Positions 41,018-53,990 of a stretch of DNA of 64,000 nucleotides are shown in pieces. Source of the DNA: Octopus sinensis (taxonomy: Eukaryota); the NCBI RefSeq assembly GCF_006345805.1, contig NC_043017.1, forward strand, positions 18,104,001 to 18,168,000, in the 5' to 3' direction. How positions within the stretch are numbered: the stretch's first letter is position 1; each line of letters opens with the position of its first letter. Position numbers and translations under genes: made by a program. The notes under the pieces are model-generated. The model saw only the letters and a list, made by a program, of their open reading frames with translations, made no database searches and was not told the origin of the DNA.

Positions 41018-43200
41018 TTCTGTATCAAAATTCAGCTTGTAGGGAAATAAAATCCTAATAACTGGTTCAACTGAATGTTTCTTGATCAAATTATTTTTTT
41101 CTTTTGCTTGTTAGTCATCATCATCATATAACATCCGTTTTCCATGCTGGCATGGATTGGACAGTTTGACTGAAAACTAGCAAGTCAGGGAGCTGCACCA
41201 GGTTCTGATCTGATTTGGCAAGGTTTCTATGGTGGGATGCCCTTCCTAACACCAACCACTCCAAGAATGTAGTGGGGGGGCTTTTTAGGTGCTATTGGCA
41301 TCAGCCATGACTATGCTCTTATCTAGCTTGACAGGTATACACAGAATTGTATATCGCCAAGGTTCTTGGTCATCTGTCACTGCCTCCATGAAGCCCAACA
41401 CTCGATTGGTGCTTTTTATGTGCCAGTCAGACAGCACTGGCATCGGCCACAACCACTTGGCTTGACAGGTCTTCACAAGCACAGCATGTCACCCAACATT
41501 GATGTAATTAGTAATTTTATAAACTTAAATCCTTAAAAATGTTTTAGCCTGAAGGCCGCGGCCATGCTGGGGCACCACTGCTGAATGAGCTACACTAATA
41601 TGTGAATCCACCTCTGATACGTGGCACTTGGTCAACAAGGGTGTTTGATGCCGCTGCCCGCATCTGTGTCTCCTGTCGTGAGGTAGGTTCATCTGGGACC
41701 CCCGACAAGAAGAGATCCAGTTTAGTTTTAAAGAAACCCACATCCACACCATGCAAGTCTCTCAGGCATTTAGGGAGGATGTTAAAGAGCTGTGGTCCTC
41801 TGAAACATTGATTTTTTTTTCCCTCATGTGTTAATTTACTTATCATTTCACATAATGTGTACTCATATGAGTTATTATCAGTATATTAGGTTGTCACACA
41901 TGAAATGTATTTGAAAGGTAATAATAAAATGTTTCAGAAGCATTAGAGAACTAATTTATATAATCAAAGTATGATCTATGTTCATTTATGACATTTACCC
42001 AACGTTTCTCTAAGTCATATATTCCATCTTTAAAAAAAATTTCATCTTTTGCTGTGATAAACTGTCTGAATGCTTCCTTTCTCTGTTAACGATTCTGTGA
42101 TTCCACTGCACTGCTTGTGGGTCCATAGCTTGCACTGCATGGAATTTCTGCCTACACCTTTCCTACATATCAAGCAAGGCCATTTACCTGAAGGTGGTAG
42201 AGTCTTGTCTATTTTCTTGCTTACTAGAACTTTGGTCTTTGCTAAGTTAACTTTAAGGCTTCTTGATTTCTGGTTTTGATTCTACACTGGGAATTTCTTT
42301 CCCCAATTCTGTTAGAGATTCTGCCATGAGAGTGAAATGATCAGCATATAGTAGTTCCTAGCGGTAGCCGGTCTTAAATTCCTCTGTAATGGCCTGGAGA
42401 ATGATAGTGACACTGAATAGGAAGAGGAGAATGAGAATTGAGCTCTGGTGAAGATGAGTTTCTTTCAGTTTCTTTCTCCCAAATCCATGGATAAGGCTTC
42501 AGTTGGCCTAGCGCTATAGAAGAAGACACTTGCCCAAAGCACTGCCAGTGGGATTGAACCTAAAAACCACATGATTGGGAAGCAAACTTCTTCACTACAT
42601 AACTAGGAGATGCTTAGCAACTAAGAGTTCTAAGGTCCGCCTCTACGAGTTCAAATACCACCAAGGTCGACTTTACCTTTCATCTGGTTATTGTTTATAT
42701 CGGACATTACGATTATAAAGAGATTTGTGGGGAAAATCTTTTCCAAGGGGGTGAGGAGAAGACTTCGGAAAATTCACAAGATCCGAGCTTTTCTCTCGTA
42801 ACTTTTAGGAAAATGGGGTTTTTCTCAATGAAATTTTATAGAAATATCTTTCCAACAGCATACATTACGATTATAAAGAAATTTGTGGGGAAAACCTTCT
42901 CCAAGAGAGTGGGGAGAGGACTTCGGGTCAAGATGTGAACATACCCCTTTCATCCTTCTGGGATCGATAAAATAAGTAGAAAGATTATTTAATAAAATTA
43001 TACAATTACATTAATAAATGTTGATAAAAAATATCATAAATATATCTTCGCAGCCATCGTTGTTTTTTTAAGAATATTTGAGGACGTTCGTTTTTTGTAT
43101 TGTTACATTGGTTTTTGTTTTTATTTCTTCCAAAGTATGAAGGATCGCCCATTGTCTTTGGAATGGTTACAGGTGGCAATAGTCTTGATCATAGGCTTGC
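41017..43200. repeat. Inverted segmental duplication: G 3' flank vs E 3' flank (~26800-28500)
   Basis: For example 43030-43200 is the reverse complement of 26810-26990; shared RTE and SINE fragments. Confidence 0.8.
41530..41810 (-). mobile_element. CR1/L2/Jockey-group LINE 3' end
   Basis: FRGPQLFNILPKCLRDL..FKTKLDLFLSGVPDEP..RAAASNTLVDQ; clade uncertain. Confidence 0.75.
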
Positions 43201-44719
43201 TCGTTCAGCGCTAACCTATGGCTAAATACCACCAGCAACAATCTAAAGAGACATGTCTATACATTGGTGCATTCACCTCTCAGACTCAGTTCACTCATAA
43301 CTTACTGAAAAATGCATATTTTTTAATGAAATTTCACAGCAGCAGAATTTCGATGGTTTATAGTACGGTTATGTCGGTAAAAATTTAGGGAAAAAGGAAA
43401 TGGAGAAGTTTCGAAAAATGCCTCAGGTTCGTTACCATGAGCTTCCTTAACTTCTAATATTGTTCATTCGTTCATAGGTTTTAAATGTCTATAAGCATTT
43501 ACACTACGTAAACTACACCTGCAAAAATATATTTCTGCAAGATATTATATAAAAAGTTTTATTTTAAAGAGAGTTGTGAAGAACTATGGTCAGAAGTGGG
43601 GTGAGAACGAGCCAAAATGTTTTCAAAAAGGCTCTTTTTAAAAAAAACTTTTATCAACATAATCGTAATTTACACCCTCGAAAAGATTTGTTCGAGAAAA
43701 AAAAAAAAAACTGTCGATTAAAAAAATTCCGTATTTTTCAAGAAGTTACGAGATAATAAAATCAAGATGAGAGGCGCCTATCTGCAAGTATTCCCAATCT
43801 GGGTTGGTTAACCGTTTACCTGTCCTGTTACCATATCTGATATACAGGACATATTTCTCAGGCGTACATGTATCATTTATTATACGCATTCCTCAATTTT
43901 TCTTTTTAATTACCAGAGTAAGTTGGAACTTTGAAAAGGAAAGCTTTATATTACTCAGAAACGTATGAGACAAGAGCCAAGAAAATGTCTGACAACCAGT
44001 TTAGACTTAGGAACAAACTCGAGAAAATGTTTTGAACTGACAAAGGGTGAGTTTTGGCTTGTAAATATTGGGGGAAAAACCCCTTAACTTTAGGGAGAAG
44101 TCAGTTGTTTAGTTTATTTTGTCCAACCAACAATACCTATTTCTTTATTACCCACAAGGGGCTAAACACAGAGGGGACAAACAAGGACAGACATAGGTAT
44201 TAAGTCGATTACATCGACCCAGTGCGTAACTGGTGCTTAATTTATCGACCCCAACCAACAATACCGTAACAATGTTGACCATGGCAGAATTTCACCGCGA
44301 AATGTAATGAACTAGAAGAAACACTTTGAGGGAAAAGAATGATCCAAAATGAAAAAGAAAATTAAATGCTATGAACTTAATTCGTAATCTATAGTCCCGA
44401 AAATATATCTCTGAAAAATTTCTTTAGAAATTCGCATCTTTCAGAGAATTATGAAGAAACAAAAAACGGAGTAGCATGGCTTAATCTATGGTTATAACCA
44501 GCCTGGGTAGGTTTATGAAATTGGGGTGAATTTAGGCTTCTGATGTTGGCACAAAACCTGAAATCTTATGGGGAAGGAGTTAATCATTTATTTTATTTTA
44601 TTGACCTAACACCAAGAAAGATGACGTTGACTACAACTGGATTAGAATTCAGTCTCCAGAGACAAAACGAGTACTGATAAGCAGGATGTTCTCGAATAAT
44701 CGAACAAAATCCCACCCCT

Positions 44720-44771
44720 AACAACGGAAAGCGGAAGTTTATTGTACAGCTTCCGGCGTGTATAAAATATG
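44720..44771 (+). promoter_or_regulatory. Housekeeping-type promoter motifs at the UBXN11 start (ETS GCGGAAGT and CTTCCGG; YY1-like ATATGGCG over the ATG)
   Basis: Local CpG-rich patch with these motifs directly before ATG 44769; motif match only. Confidence 0.45.
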
Positions 44772-44791
44772 GCGTCCTTGACAACACGAAA
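44769..44791 (+). CDS. UBXN11: UBXN11 exon 1 (MASLTTR + 2 nt)
   Basis: Splicing AA|gtggta to 48045 gives MASLTTRKKVNLP, resembling the vertebrate N-terminus ..ASLSKTRKVPLP (from memory); donor is weak. Confidence 0.5.
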
Positions 44792-46183
44792 GTGGTAGCA
44801 GTGAGAGAAGTTGCTACAGAAGAAGAAATAAAAATAAAGTGACATAGACACACTAGTGTGTGTGTGTGTGTGTAGATATATATATATATAAAGAGGAGTG
44901 TGTAGGGGTGTTGAGGATGAGTTCACCATTGTCTAGTTTGAAACGATACAGCAAGTTGCCTTTACCTGGACACATGAGGTAAAATAACAACAAATCCGAC
45001 AAATTATATTTACATACACAGACACATATATATAACGTACATGCATATGTGTGTGTATACATATGTATATGTGTGTGTGTATATATATGTATGTATATAA
45101 ATATATATGTGTGTGTATGTATATATATATGTATATCATCATCATCATCATCCATCCGTACAACCCGTGCTAGCACGGAAAACGGACGTTAAACGATGAT
45201 GATGATGATATGTGTGTGTATATATATATATAGGTATGTGTGTGTGTATTTAATCGTACACACACACACACATATTTCATGCTAAATTTGTTTCAGTCAA
45301 TGAATTGCGGTCATGATGAGGAAACGCCTTGAAAGGTTTTATTTTAGATAAACAAATTGACCTTTGTAATTATTTTGTTGAAATCTGGTATTTATTTATC
45401 AGCCCCTATGCTGTACCATTAAGTTATGGGAACGTAAACAAACCAACACCCATTGACAAACAGTTGAGGCACGTCTACAAATACAGACATATATATATGT
45501 ATGTATATATATATATATATATATTGCGATGGACTGGCATCCCGTCCAGCTGGTGGTGGTGGGGGAAACACATATGCCACAGAAACCGGGAAATCAGGCC
45601 CATGAGCCTAGCTATGCTTGAAAAGGGCAAATATATATATATATACATATATCTATACACACAGACACACACACATATATATATGATAGACTTTTACTCA
45701 GTTTCCGTTTACCATTTTCACTGACAAGGCTTTGGTTGATCTGGGGCTATTGTAAAAGAGTCTTGCCCAAGATGCTACTCAGTAGAACTGAACCCAAGAT
45801 AGCATGGTTACAAAGCAAGCATCTTAACCTCACAGCTATGCCAGTGCCTTAATATATATAACCTCTTTTAACATTTGACACCTTGTCAAGATCTGATGCG
45901 TCCAATAGCTTCAAGCTTTAGTGTCTTTGGCTGAATTTCTAAGGTTGGATACCCTTTCTCACACCAGCTGCCCTTAATATGAATGTGCATGTGGGTGTAT
46001 ATATGTTGTATGTATAGCATATATATATATACAGCATCTCTTCAAAGCTGGGTGAAGAGCCTCCCTACACTGCATATCTTTTTAGTTACCTGAAAACTGC
46101 TGTAAGTAACCCTTCACACTTCTCTATAGCCCTGAGTACCTTTTAGCTTCCCTACAACCTGACCAGTGTGACCCCTACCTCAT

Positions 46184-46245
<62 letters not shown>

Positions 46246-46670
46246 TCATCATCATCATCATCGTTTAATGTCTGCTTTCCATGCTAGCATGGGTTGGACA
46301 ATTTGACTGAGGACTGGTAATATATATATATGTATTTATGTATATATTCCCTTCATGCATATACAGTTTTTCCCTTATGCATAAACGTATGCTTAGGTAT
46401 ATCTCTGGTAGGTAGAAGTTAACTTTATTTGTATATTTGTGTAGCGATACAAGAAAGATATTAACTGTGAAATACATTATATAATGATAAGGATGTCATT
46501 GATTTTCTTCATTAACATGTGGTGGGCACTTTTGTACTTGTTTCTTTTCTATTCTAATCCACTATGTCCCTATCCTAGTAAACAGTGGATCATCTTCTGG
46601 GGTAAAGGGGATAAGTATAAAAGTAATTTATTTCAAACAAGTTTCAGAGTGAAACCAACTCCATATTTTC

Positions 46671-46918
46671 TTAACCCTCTTGTTACCATATTTTTGATGA
46701 AATGCACCGATTTTGCTTCTCTTAATTTTGAAAATAATGAAGAATTTAGTGAAATAACTTTCTCGTTATTAAACTGGCGTTTAACATGAAATTTTGATGG
46801 AAGGTTTCAATTTAGATCACTTTAATTAAGGGAGTGTCTGTCATAGAGCCAAGCTCTGGTACCAAGTTTTATCATAGAACCAGTGATAGTCTAAGATGGT
46901 TTAGTATGAAAAGAGTGA
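46671..46918. mobile_element. Degenerate piggyBac-like MITE
   Basis: ttaaccctcttgttacc left end; decayed right end aaaagagtgaa. Confidence 0.45.
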
Positions 46919-48044
46919 AAATATTAACTATTACATATATATGTTATAAAAATCTGTCACACATTCATTGGTAAGAGTTAAACACTCTAAAGGCAACATT
47001 TAACAAAAACTAAATCACATTTGCTGAATCTGAGAAGCAATTTAGGAAAGGAAAGAAATATAATAATACACAAGTCATTATTATTTATCTTCTCTACCCA
47101 CTCCTGGGAGGGTCATGGGGATATAGTCCTCAGTCATCTCCATAGGCTCCTATCAGAAGCAACTGTCATTTGATTTTCTCACTGAATTCCCAAATGCAAC
47201 TAAGACAGTGTAACAAAATTTTTATTTTTCTTCTTCTTTGTCTTGGGCCATTGAGTGTTATTTCCTATTTGCTTCTAATTACAACTATTCCCTTCAAACT
47301 TTGGTTTTGTGACCTGGAGGTCAATGTTTTGCAACTGACCTATATTCCATTACATTTCAGACAGATTCTGCACTGTCTTGCTGAAGCAGAAATATCATTA
47401 TACCTCAGATTTGCTTGTCACTTGCTTGACCTTAACCACTTGAGCATGTTCCTTAGTGCCCAAAATGTGTATATTTATAAGTTTGGTGCTCAAAATGTGT
47501 CTATCTATAAGCTTTGCAAAGGAACACTCTAGCAGCTTTTATAAAGGTACATCATGCAATGACTTGATGCTGTTTAATCTATAAGTCAGCCAGTCACATG
47601 AAAAAGCTGTTGCTTAGCCATGTTTTTAACTTGGCAATTAGTTGATTTGGTTTCAAATTTTGCTACAGACCCATTATAGAATGTAATCCAAGAAACATAA
47701 TGCTCCACAAAAGAGACTGGATAGTCATAGATGATATGTCTTTAATTATAGTTCCGCTCAAGCAGAACTGATTAATAGCAACCTTACTAAATGACCATTT
47801 ATAGCACTGACTGGGTTGGGAAATTCTGCTTAGCGGTATTTCATCTGTTTTTTTTACTCAATTTTTGAGAGCGGTTGGGTTCATTTTTAGTATTCGCATT
47901 TGTGAGAATTTCATACATTCTCATTTTAATGGTCATCTCTGGCTAATCGTTAAGAGGACATTGGTGTTGCCTTGGCAGAGGTTTGCACTGTCTGAGTGCT
48001 CTTGTTTATATAGTTATTTACTTATTTATATATTTTATTTTCAG

Positions 48045-48082
48045 GAAGGTCAACCTACCCATAATTCCTGATGAAGAAAAAG
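48045..48082 (+). CDS. UBXN11: UBXN11 exon 2 (KVNLPIIPDEEK)
   Basis: ttttcag|...AG|gtaaga; phase 2 to 1, compatible with both neighbours. Confidence 0.7.
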
Positions 48083-48840
48083 GTAAGACACGAACAGCAT
48101 ATCGTCTTCCAGCTATCAAATAATGTTGCAGATAATCATTATTGTCGGCATGGTCACCGTCACCATCACCATTATCATCATCACCATTGTCATCATCACT
48201 ATCGTCATCATCATTACTATTGTTCTCATCATTATCACTCAAGTACACCTTGCACTCCCATCAGATAGACCCTTCCTCTTCCTGTATCATGTTCTGTCAA
48301 TGTTGTTCCAATGCCTCAGTTAATTAACCATATCAATGTCTTTGTAACTCTAGTATTGTAATGTAAGGAGAGTAGTAATAGTAGTAGTAGTAGTAGTGGA
48401 GGTGGTGGTGGCATTGACAACAGTAGTGATAGTAGTAGTAGTAGCAGCAGCAGGAGAGTGTTGTTGGTGGTGGTTATTGTTTAGCTCAAAGGCAACCCTA
48501 CCAATCAAACCTGTGATAACAGACATTTCAACCATGACCATCCCATCATTTATTCAGATATAATAATGGTGTCCATGAAGGTAGTGGTGGTGGTGGTGGT
48601 GGCAGTGGTTGATGTAGTGTGATGTTGGTCTAGTTTAGAAACCTTATCCCATGTTGTAAGATAATATCTATTCTCTAATGTCACCCTCTCTCTTGTGCTA
48701 ATTAATCAGTTTCATTAAAGCCAAACGCCCTAATGTAACCTGCCCTCACTCAGAGGATGTCTCACTAAACGAGTTTTATATTTCATTTCTACTTACCAGC
48801 AGACCTTTATGTATGGCCCAGTGGCTTGTATGTGAGTTTG

Positions 48841-48879
<39 letters not shown>

Positions 48880-49283
48880 TGTGTACAGTGCTCAGGTGCA
48901 CTACAACTCATCTAAAGTGTATATATAATCAGGTGTAGTTTCGGCGGATTTCGGAAAGCATGAGGGCCTTATGTGTGTATGTGTGTATATATCTTCTATT
49001 TTGTTTTCGAACCCTCTTCTTACTATATTACTTTAGAAATGGAGAGAGTTTGGTTCACATAGCTTTTGAGGAAAAATTGTATCTAGAGGGTGTGTAAAAA
49101 CAAGTAAAAAATGTACAGAATGGAATAGATTGTCTCAAGAAATAGAAATTGGAAATGATTAAAAGGAATCCATGCCCTTTTTTTACTTTTATTTTATTCC
49201 TTTTTATTCCTAAACTCTATATCCATTACTTTACTCATGACTAACTTTTAACTTACTAACAGCACCTCTTCATGTGGTGTGAG

Positions 49284-49682
49284 TGGAGGCGTAATGGCCC
49301 AGTGGTTAGAGCAGCAGACTCGCAGTCTTAGGATTGCAGTTTCGATTCCCAGACCGGGTGTTGTGAGTGTTTATTGAGCGAATAAACCTAAAGTCCCACA
49401 AGGCTCCGGCAGGGAGTGGTGGCGAACCCTGCTCTACTCTTTCACCACCACTTTCTCTCACTCTTCCTTCCTGTTTCTCTTGCACCTGTATTTCAAAGGG
49501 CCAACCTTGTCACACTCTGTGTCACACTGGATCTCTCCCGAGAACTATGTTAAGAGTACATGTGTCTGTAGTAGTGATAGTACTGTGGAGTGCTCAGCCA
49601 CTTGCACGTTAATTTCACGTGCAAGCTGTTCTGTTGATCAGATCAACTGGAAGCCTTGTTGTCACAACTGACAGAGTGCCAC
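49284..49682 (+). mobile_element. tRNA-derived SINE family 3 (head gtggaggcgtaatggcccagtggttag)
   Basis: tRNA-like head with GTTTCGATTCC B box; a 5' fragment of the same family lies reversed at ~1350-1465. Confidence 0.75.
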
Positions 49683-49917
49683 ATGGTCTGTACCACTTTC
49701 ACAAGCCATTCGTCTATCTGTAACTTCCTCAGAGACCACCGTGTCAACAGAACAAGACACTCTGTTGAAGGCTTTCTCTAGATATTTCTCTGCTGCAATC
49801 AGCCACCGATGGCAGCAGCCATTTATCCTGTTTGGTATTTATCAACCATAGGCAGTGACCACAGCTTTATCCAACCCTACCTGGTGCATATCTTTTTTAA
49901 GTACCCAGTTCTATCTG

Positions 49918-49957
<40 letters not shown>

Positions 49958-50361
49958 GTTTAGCGTCCGTTTTCCATGCTAGCATGGGTTGGACGGTTCT
50001 ACTGGGGTCTGTGAAGCCAGGAGGCTTCATCAGGCCTAGTCAAATCTGGCAGTGTTTCTACGGCTGGATGCCCTTCCTAACGCCAACCACTCCGTGAGTG
50101 TAGTGGGTGCTTTTTTACGTGCCACCCGCACAGGTGCCAGACAGAGCTGGCAAACGGCCACGAACGGATGGTGCTTTTTATGTGCCACCGGCACGAGGGC
50201 CAGGCGAGGCTGGCAACGGACACGAAACGGGGCGGTGCTGGCAACGGTCGCGAAACGGAAGGTTCTCTTACATGCCACCGGCACTGGTAACACATCTGCA
50301 ATTTCCATTATCATCATTATCTATATATTTATGTCATTGTGTTTTTATGCTTTGTTTTCAG

Positions 50362-50487
50362 AGACCAATAACTTGATTGATGACGTTACTGCAGACATGT
50401 TAAAGTCTCTGTTAGACAAGGAGTCACGTCGTTCCTTACCCAATGTGAACTTTCCATCCACCTCTACTGGCAGCCCTCTTTGTTCAG
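50362..50487 (+). CDS. UBXN11: UBXN11 exon 3 (ETNNLIDDVTADMLKSLL...GSPLCS)
   Basis: ttttcag|...CAG|gtattc; open frame, phase 1 to 1. Confidence 0.7.
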
Positions 50488-50629
50488 GTATTCACTCAGA
50501 TCTACAATGGTTCTGCTTTTGTTTGCATTATTCCTGTGTTGTTGTTGCTCCTGCTACTGCTGTTCCACCTTATATCAAGACACTATCTATGGAAGACTAC
50601 GTCCTCTAATGTGTCATTCACTGTTTTTG

Positions 50630-51095
50630 TTTAACCACAGGTCACCCTGATCCAGCAAACTGCTGATCAGCGAATTTCCACCTATGACCATTCTATCTTT
50701 TATCGAGACATAGTGTATCTAGGACTCTATTATCTAAGTGTCCTTCCATATTGTTGTTGATGTTTATGGACCAATGATGAATGATATTTCAAGTGTGACC
50801 ATCCTGTCTTTTATTCAGGTATGGTGTATCTAGGACTACATCATCTAATGTCCTTCCTTGTTGTTTAGCCCCGGGTCAGCCCTGACCCCAATAATGTAGT
50901 TCTAGATGCACCATGTCTGAATTAAAGACAGGATGGTCACAACTGAAACATCTTTGATCATAGCCCTGGCCTATGGACCTATGTTCAAAGATGTTTCAAG
51001 TGTAACCATCCCGTCTTTTATTAATCAGGCACGGTGCATCTAAGACTACATCATTTAATGTCCTTTCTTGTAGTTAGCCCCAGGTCAGCCTTGAC
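50630..51095. repeat. Degenerate tandem/interspersed repeat (ccatcc.gtctttt...ggtgtatctaggactacatcatctaatgtccttcc...tagccccaggtcagccctga units)
   Basis: 3-4 imperfect copies of a ~120-bp unit. Confidence 0.6.
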
Positions 51096-51107
51096 TCTCA
51101 TATACTT

Positions 51108-51141
<34 letters not shown>

Positions 51142-51155
51142 CTGTGGATGCTCAG

Positions 51156-51241
51156 AGAAGGAGCTGTTGTCTCTTATGGCAAGTCGTTTATCAACTGCAG
51201 AAGCGAGGCTGAAGTTACAGAGAGAAGAACTCATGTCAAAG
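51156..51241 (+). CDS. UBXN11: UBXN11 exon 4 (EKELLSLMASRLSTAEARLKLQREELMSK)
   Basis: (CT)n tract then ctcag|; AAG|gtacgt; resembles human SELMAFMTRKL...EILSK coiled-coil segment. Confidence 0.85.
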
Positions 51242-52262
51242 GTACGTAAATTTTCATTGGTGGTGGTCATGGTGTTGATGGGATGGTAGTAGTGAGGATG
51301 GTCAGAGTATTGGTCAGTGGTGTTGATAGTGGTGGTGGTGGTGAGAGTATTGGTGGAGTGTCGACAACAGTAGGAGTGGTGATGGTGATGGTGAGGGTTG
51401 TGTATCTCAGTGATGATACTGCCTGTGGTGGTGGTGGTCATAGAATGTTGGTGAAGCATTTAGGCAATGATAGGCATAGTGTAGTGGTGGTGGTGGTGGT
51501 GGTAGCTACATTATATGCTGGAGCGCCACCTTTAGTAGAGCAAATCGACCCCAGGACTTATTCTTTGTAAGCCTAGTACTTATTCTATTGGTCTGTTTTG
51601 CTGAACAAATAAGTTATGGGGACGTAAACACACCAGCATCGGTTGTCAGGCGATGGTGAGGGGACAAACACAGACACACAAATACACACACACACACATG
51701 TACTCTGGGCTTCTTTCAGTTTCCATCTACCAAATCCACTCACAAGGCTTTGGTTGGCCTGAGGCTATAGTAGAAAACTCTTGCCCAAGGTGCCACACAG
51801 TGGGATTGAACCTGGAATCATGTGGTTGCTTAAGCAAGCTACTTACCACACAATAACATCATCATCTGCTTTCCATGCTGGCATGGGTTGGATGGTTTGA
51901 CTGACGTCTGGAAAGCCAGGAGACTGCACAAGGCTCCAATCTGATCTGGCAAGGTTTCTACAGCTTGATTCCCTTCCTATCGCCAACCACTCCAAGAGTG
52001 TAGTGGGTGCTTTTTATGAGCCACCAGCATGGGGGGCTGTCAGGCGGCATTGGCAAAGACTACGCTTGAATGTTGCTTTTTATGTGGCTCCGCCATGGGA
52101 CCAGTCAGGTGACACTGGCATCAACCATGCTTATATGGTGCTTTTTATGTGTCCTGGCATGGGTGCCAGTTAGATGGTACTGGCATTGAGCACAACAGTT
52201 ATTTCACTTGACTCAACAGGTTTTTTCAGCACAGCATATTGCCCAATGATTGAAAGGTACTC

Positions 52263-52479
52263 TTGACCCTTTAGCATTCAGATTATTCTGTCAAATATAA
52301 TATTTATTTATCATATTGTTTTAAGCTAATCATGTCATTATTTTGTAGCTTTAAGATTTTGATGATGTTATCACCTGTTTTTAGATTGACATTATAGGCT
52401 GATGTGAGATACCAAATGCGGGCAGTTTTAACAGAAAACAGGTAGATTATTTGGGCCGGTTTAAACACTAAAGGGTTAA
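52263..52479. mobile_element. piggyBac-like MITE (TT[G]A-CCCTTTAG ... CTAAAGGG-TTAA)
   Basis: CCC/GGG termini with TTAA-type flanks. Confidence 0.7.
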
Positions 52480-52580
52480 ATGGGCCAGTTATGCGACACT
52501 GGCCATAATTCTTTTTCTTTTTTGCTCGTTTCTTTTTATTGTTTAATTAATTCTTTCATTATTCTTTGATTGCAACTCAG

Positions 52581-52635
52581 GAGAAAAGAATCCTGTATTT
52601 GGAGCGGAAGGTTCACCAATTGGAGAAACAATGCA
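52581..52635 (+). CDS. UBXN11: UBXN11 exon 5 (EKRILYLERKVHQLEKQC)
   Basis: actcag|...A|gtaagt; resembles DQKIAALEDLV; phase 0 to 1. Confidence 0.85.
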
Positions 52636-52814
52636 GTAAGTTGTAGTTGTTGTAGTAGTAGAGGTGGTTGTTGCAGCAGTTGTAATTTGTGTTGCTGTTG
52701 TTGCGGTTGTTTTATTTACTAATCTCGTTTATATAGTATTGTTGTTGCTTGTCTTGTTGTTATGCACACTGTTGTCATAGTTTTGTATGGTATTTGTGTT
52801 GTGTGTATATTTAT

Positions 52815-53283
52815 ATTTCTTTACTACCCACAAGGGGCTAAACATAGAGGGGACAAACAAGGACAGACAAACAGATTAAGTCGATTACATCGATCCCAGT
52901 GCGTAACTGGTACTTTATTAATCGACCCCGAAAGGATGAAAGGCAAAGTCGACCTCGACGGAATTTGAACTCAGAACGTAATGGCAGACGAAATACGGCT
53001 ACGCATTTCGCCTGGCGTGCTAACGTTTCTGCCAGCTCACCGCCATATACCTATTTCTTTATTACCCACAAGGGGCTAAACACAGAGGGGACAAACAAGG
53101 ACAGACATAGGTATTAAGTCGATTACATCGACCCCAGTGCGTAACTGGTACTTAATTTATCGACCCCGAAAGGATGAAAGGCAAAGTCGACCTCGACGGA
53201 ATTTGAACTGAGAACGTAATGGCAGATGAAATACGGCTACGCATTTCGCCCGGCGTGCTAACATTTCTGCCAGCTCGCCGCCT
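52815..53283 (-). mobile_element. Head-to-tail pair of SINE family 2 copies
   Basis: Two full copies at ~52815-53044 and ~53051-53283; partial copies at ~44135-44250 and ~59030-59220. Confidence 0.88.
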
Positions 53284-53689
53284 TTGTGTATATATTATTT
53301 GGGTTGTCTTTGTTGCTGTTGTTAATGAACCTCCCCAGATCTAACTAAATTTTATTTAAAAAAAAACAAAACAACCCTGCCATGATTTGTGTGTCTACTT
53401 TAAAACATCAGAGCTTCAACAGCTGAAACACTCGGATGTTTCAGCTGTTTCCATGAGACATGAAGACAGTTTTGCAGATCACATATAATCTTCAGATGAC
53501 ATTTCTACTGAACAAAAAACCTCCATCAGAAGAGAATGTGACCCAGAATTACACATGTTCCATCCCATATAGCTGGTGACAGTGAAATATATAGGTGAAA
53601 CCAGCTGTAGCTTAAAAGCAATCTTAGTTGAGCACAATGGTTGGTAGCATCCTTTCTGTCTCGGGAGACAATGGAGTTGCGCACAAAGT

Positions 53690-53990
53690 AGTCTAGTCCG
53701 GCTTTTATATTTCATGTCCTGATACATTTTCTGCTGTGGCTGTGTAGTCCTATCCTGGACAAACATTCCCTCTGGCAGGTACCGCAAATGTAGCGAAGAC
53801 TGTTCCTGGCTGGTTGTAGTGCCATAGTCTCTTGTTGACGTCTCTTCCTTTCTTTCCATTTCTCCTCTCTCTCTCTGTCACTCCTTTGTATTCCCCCTTT
53901 TACGGTACGTCGCCATTCTCCACGGTAGCCGGCAACTGCCTCCCAACCGCTAATATTGATGTGAGCACAATAAAGCTGCACAAACTGGGG
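53690..53990 (-). mobile_element. RTE-BovB/Expander-type LINE C-terminal fragment
   Basis: WEAVAGYRGEWRRTV...CGTCQRECLSRIGLHSHSRKC terminal C2H2-like motif. Confidence 0.8.

Noticed and set aside
49284-49360. tRNA genes at SINE heads
   Set aside because: A/B boxes run directly into SINE body sequence and no complete cloverleaf or acceptor stem is evident
53418-53449. 13-bp-stem hairpin aacagctgaaaca-ctcgga-tgtttcagctgtt
   Set aside because: Too short to distinguish from chance in 64 kb; no context
53496-53570. Alternative UBXN11 exon candidates (53496; 62445)
   Set aside because: In-frame stops before any donor; better-matching exons found at 55531 and 62579
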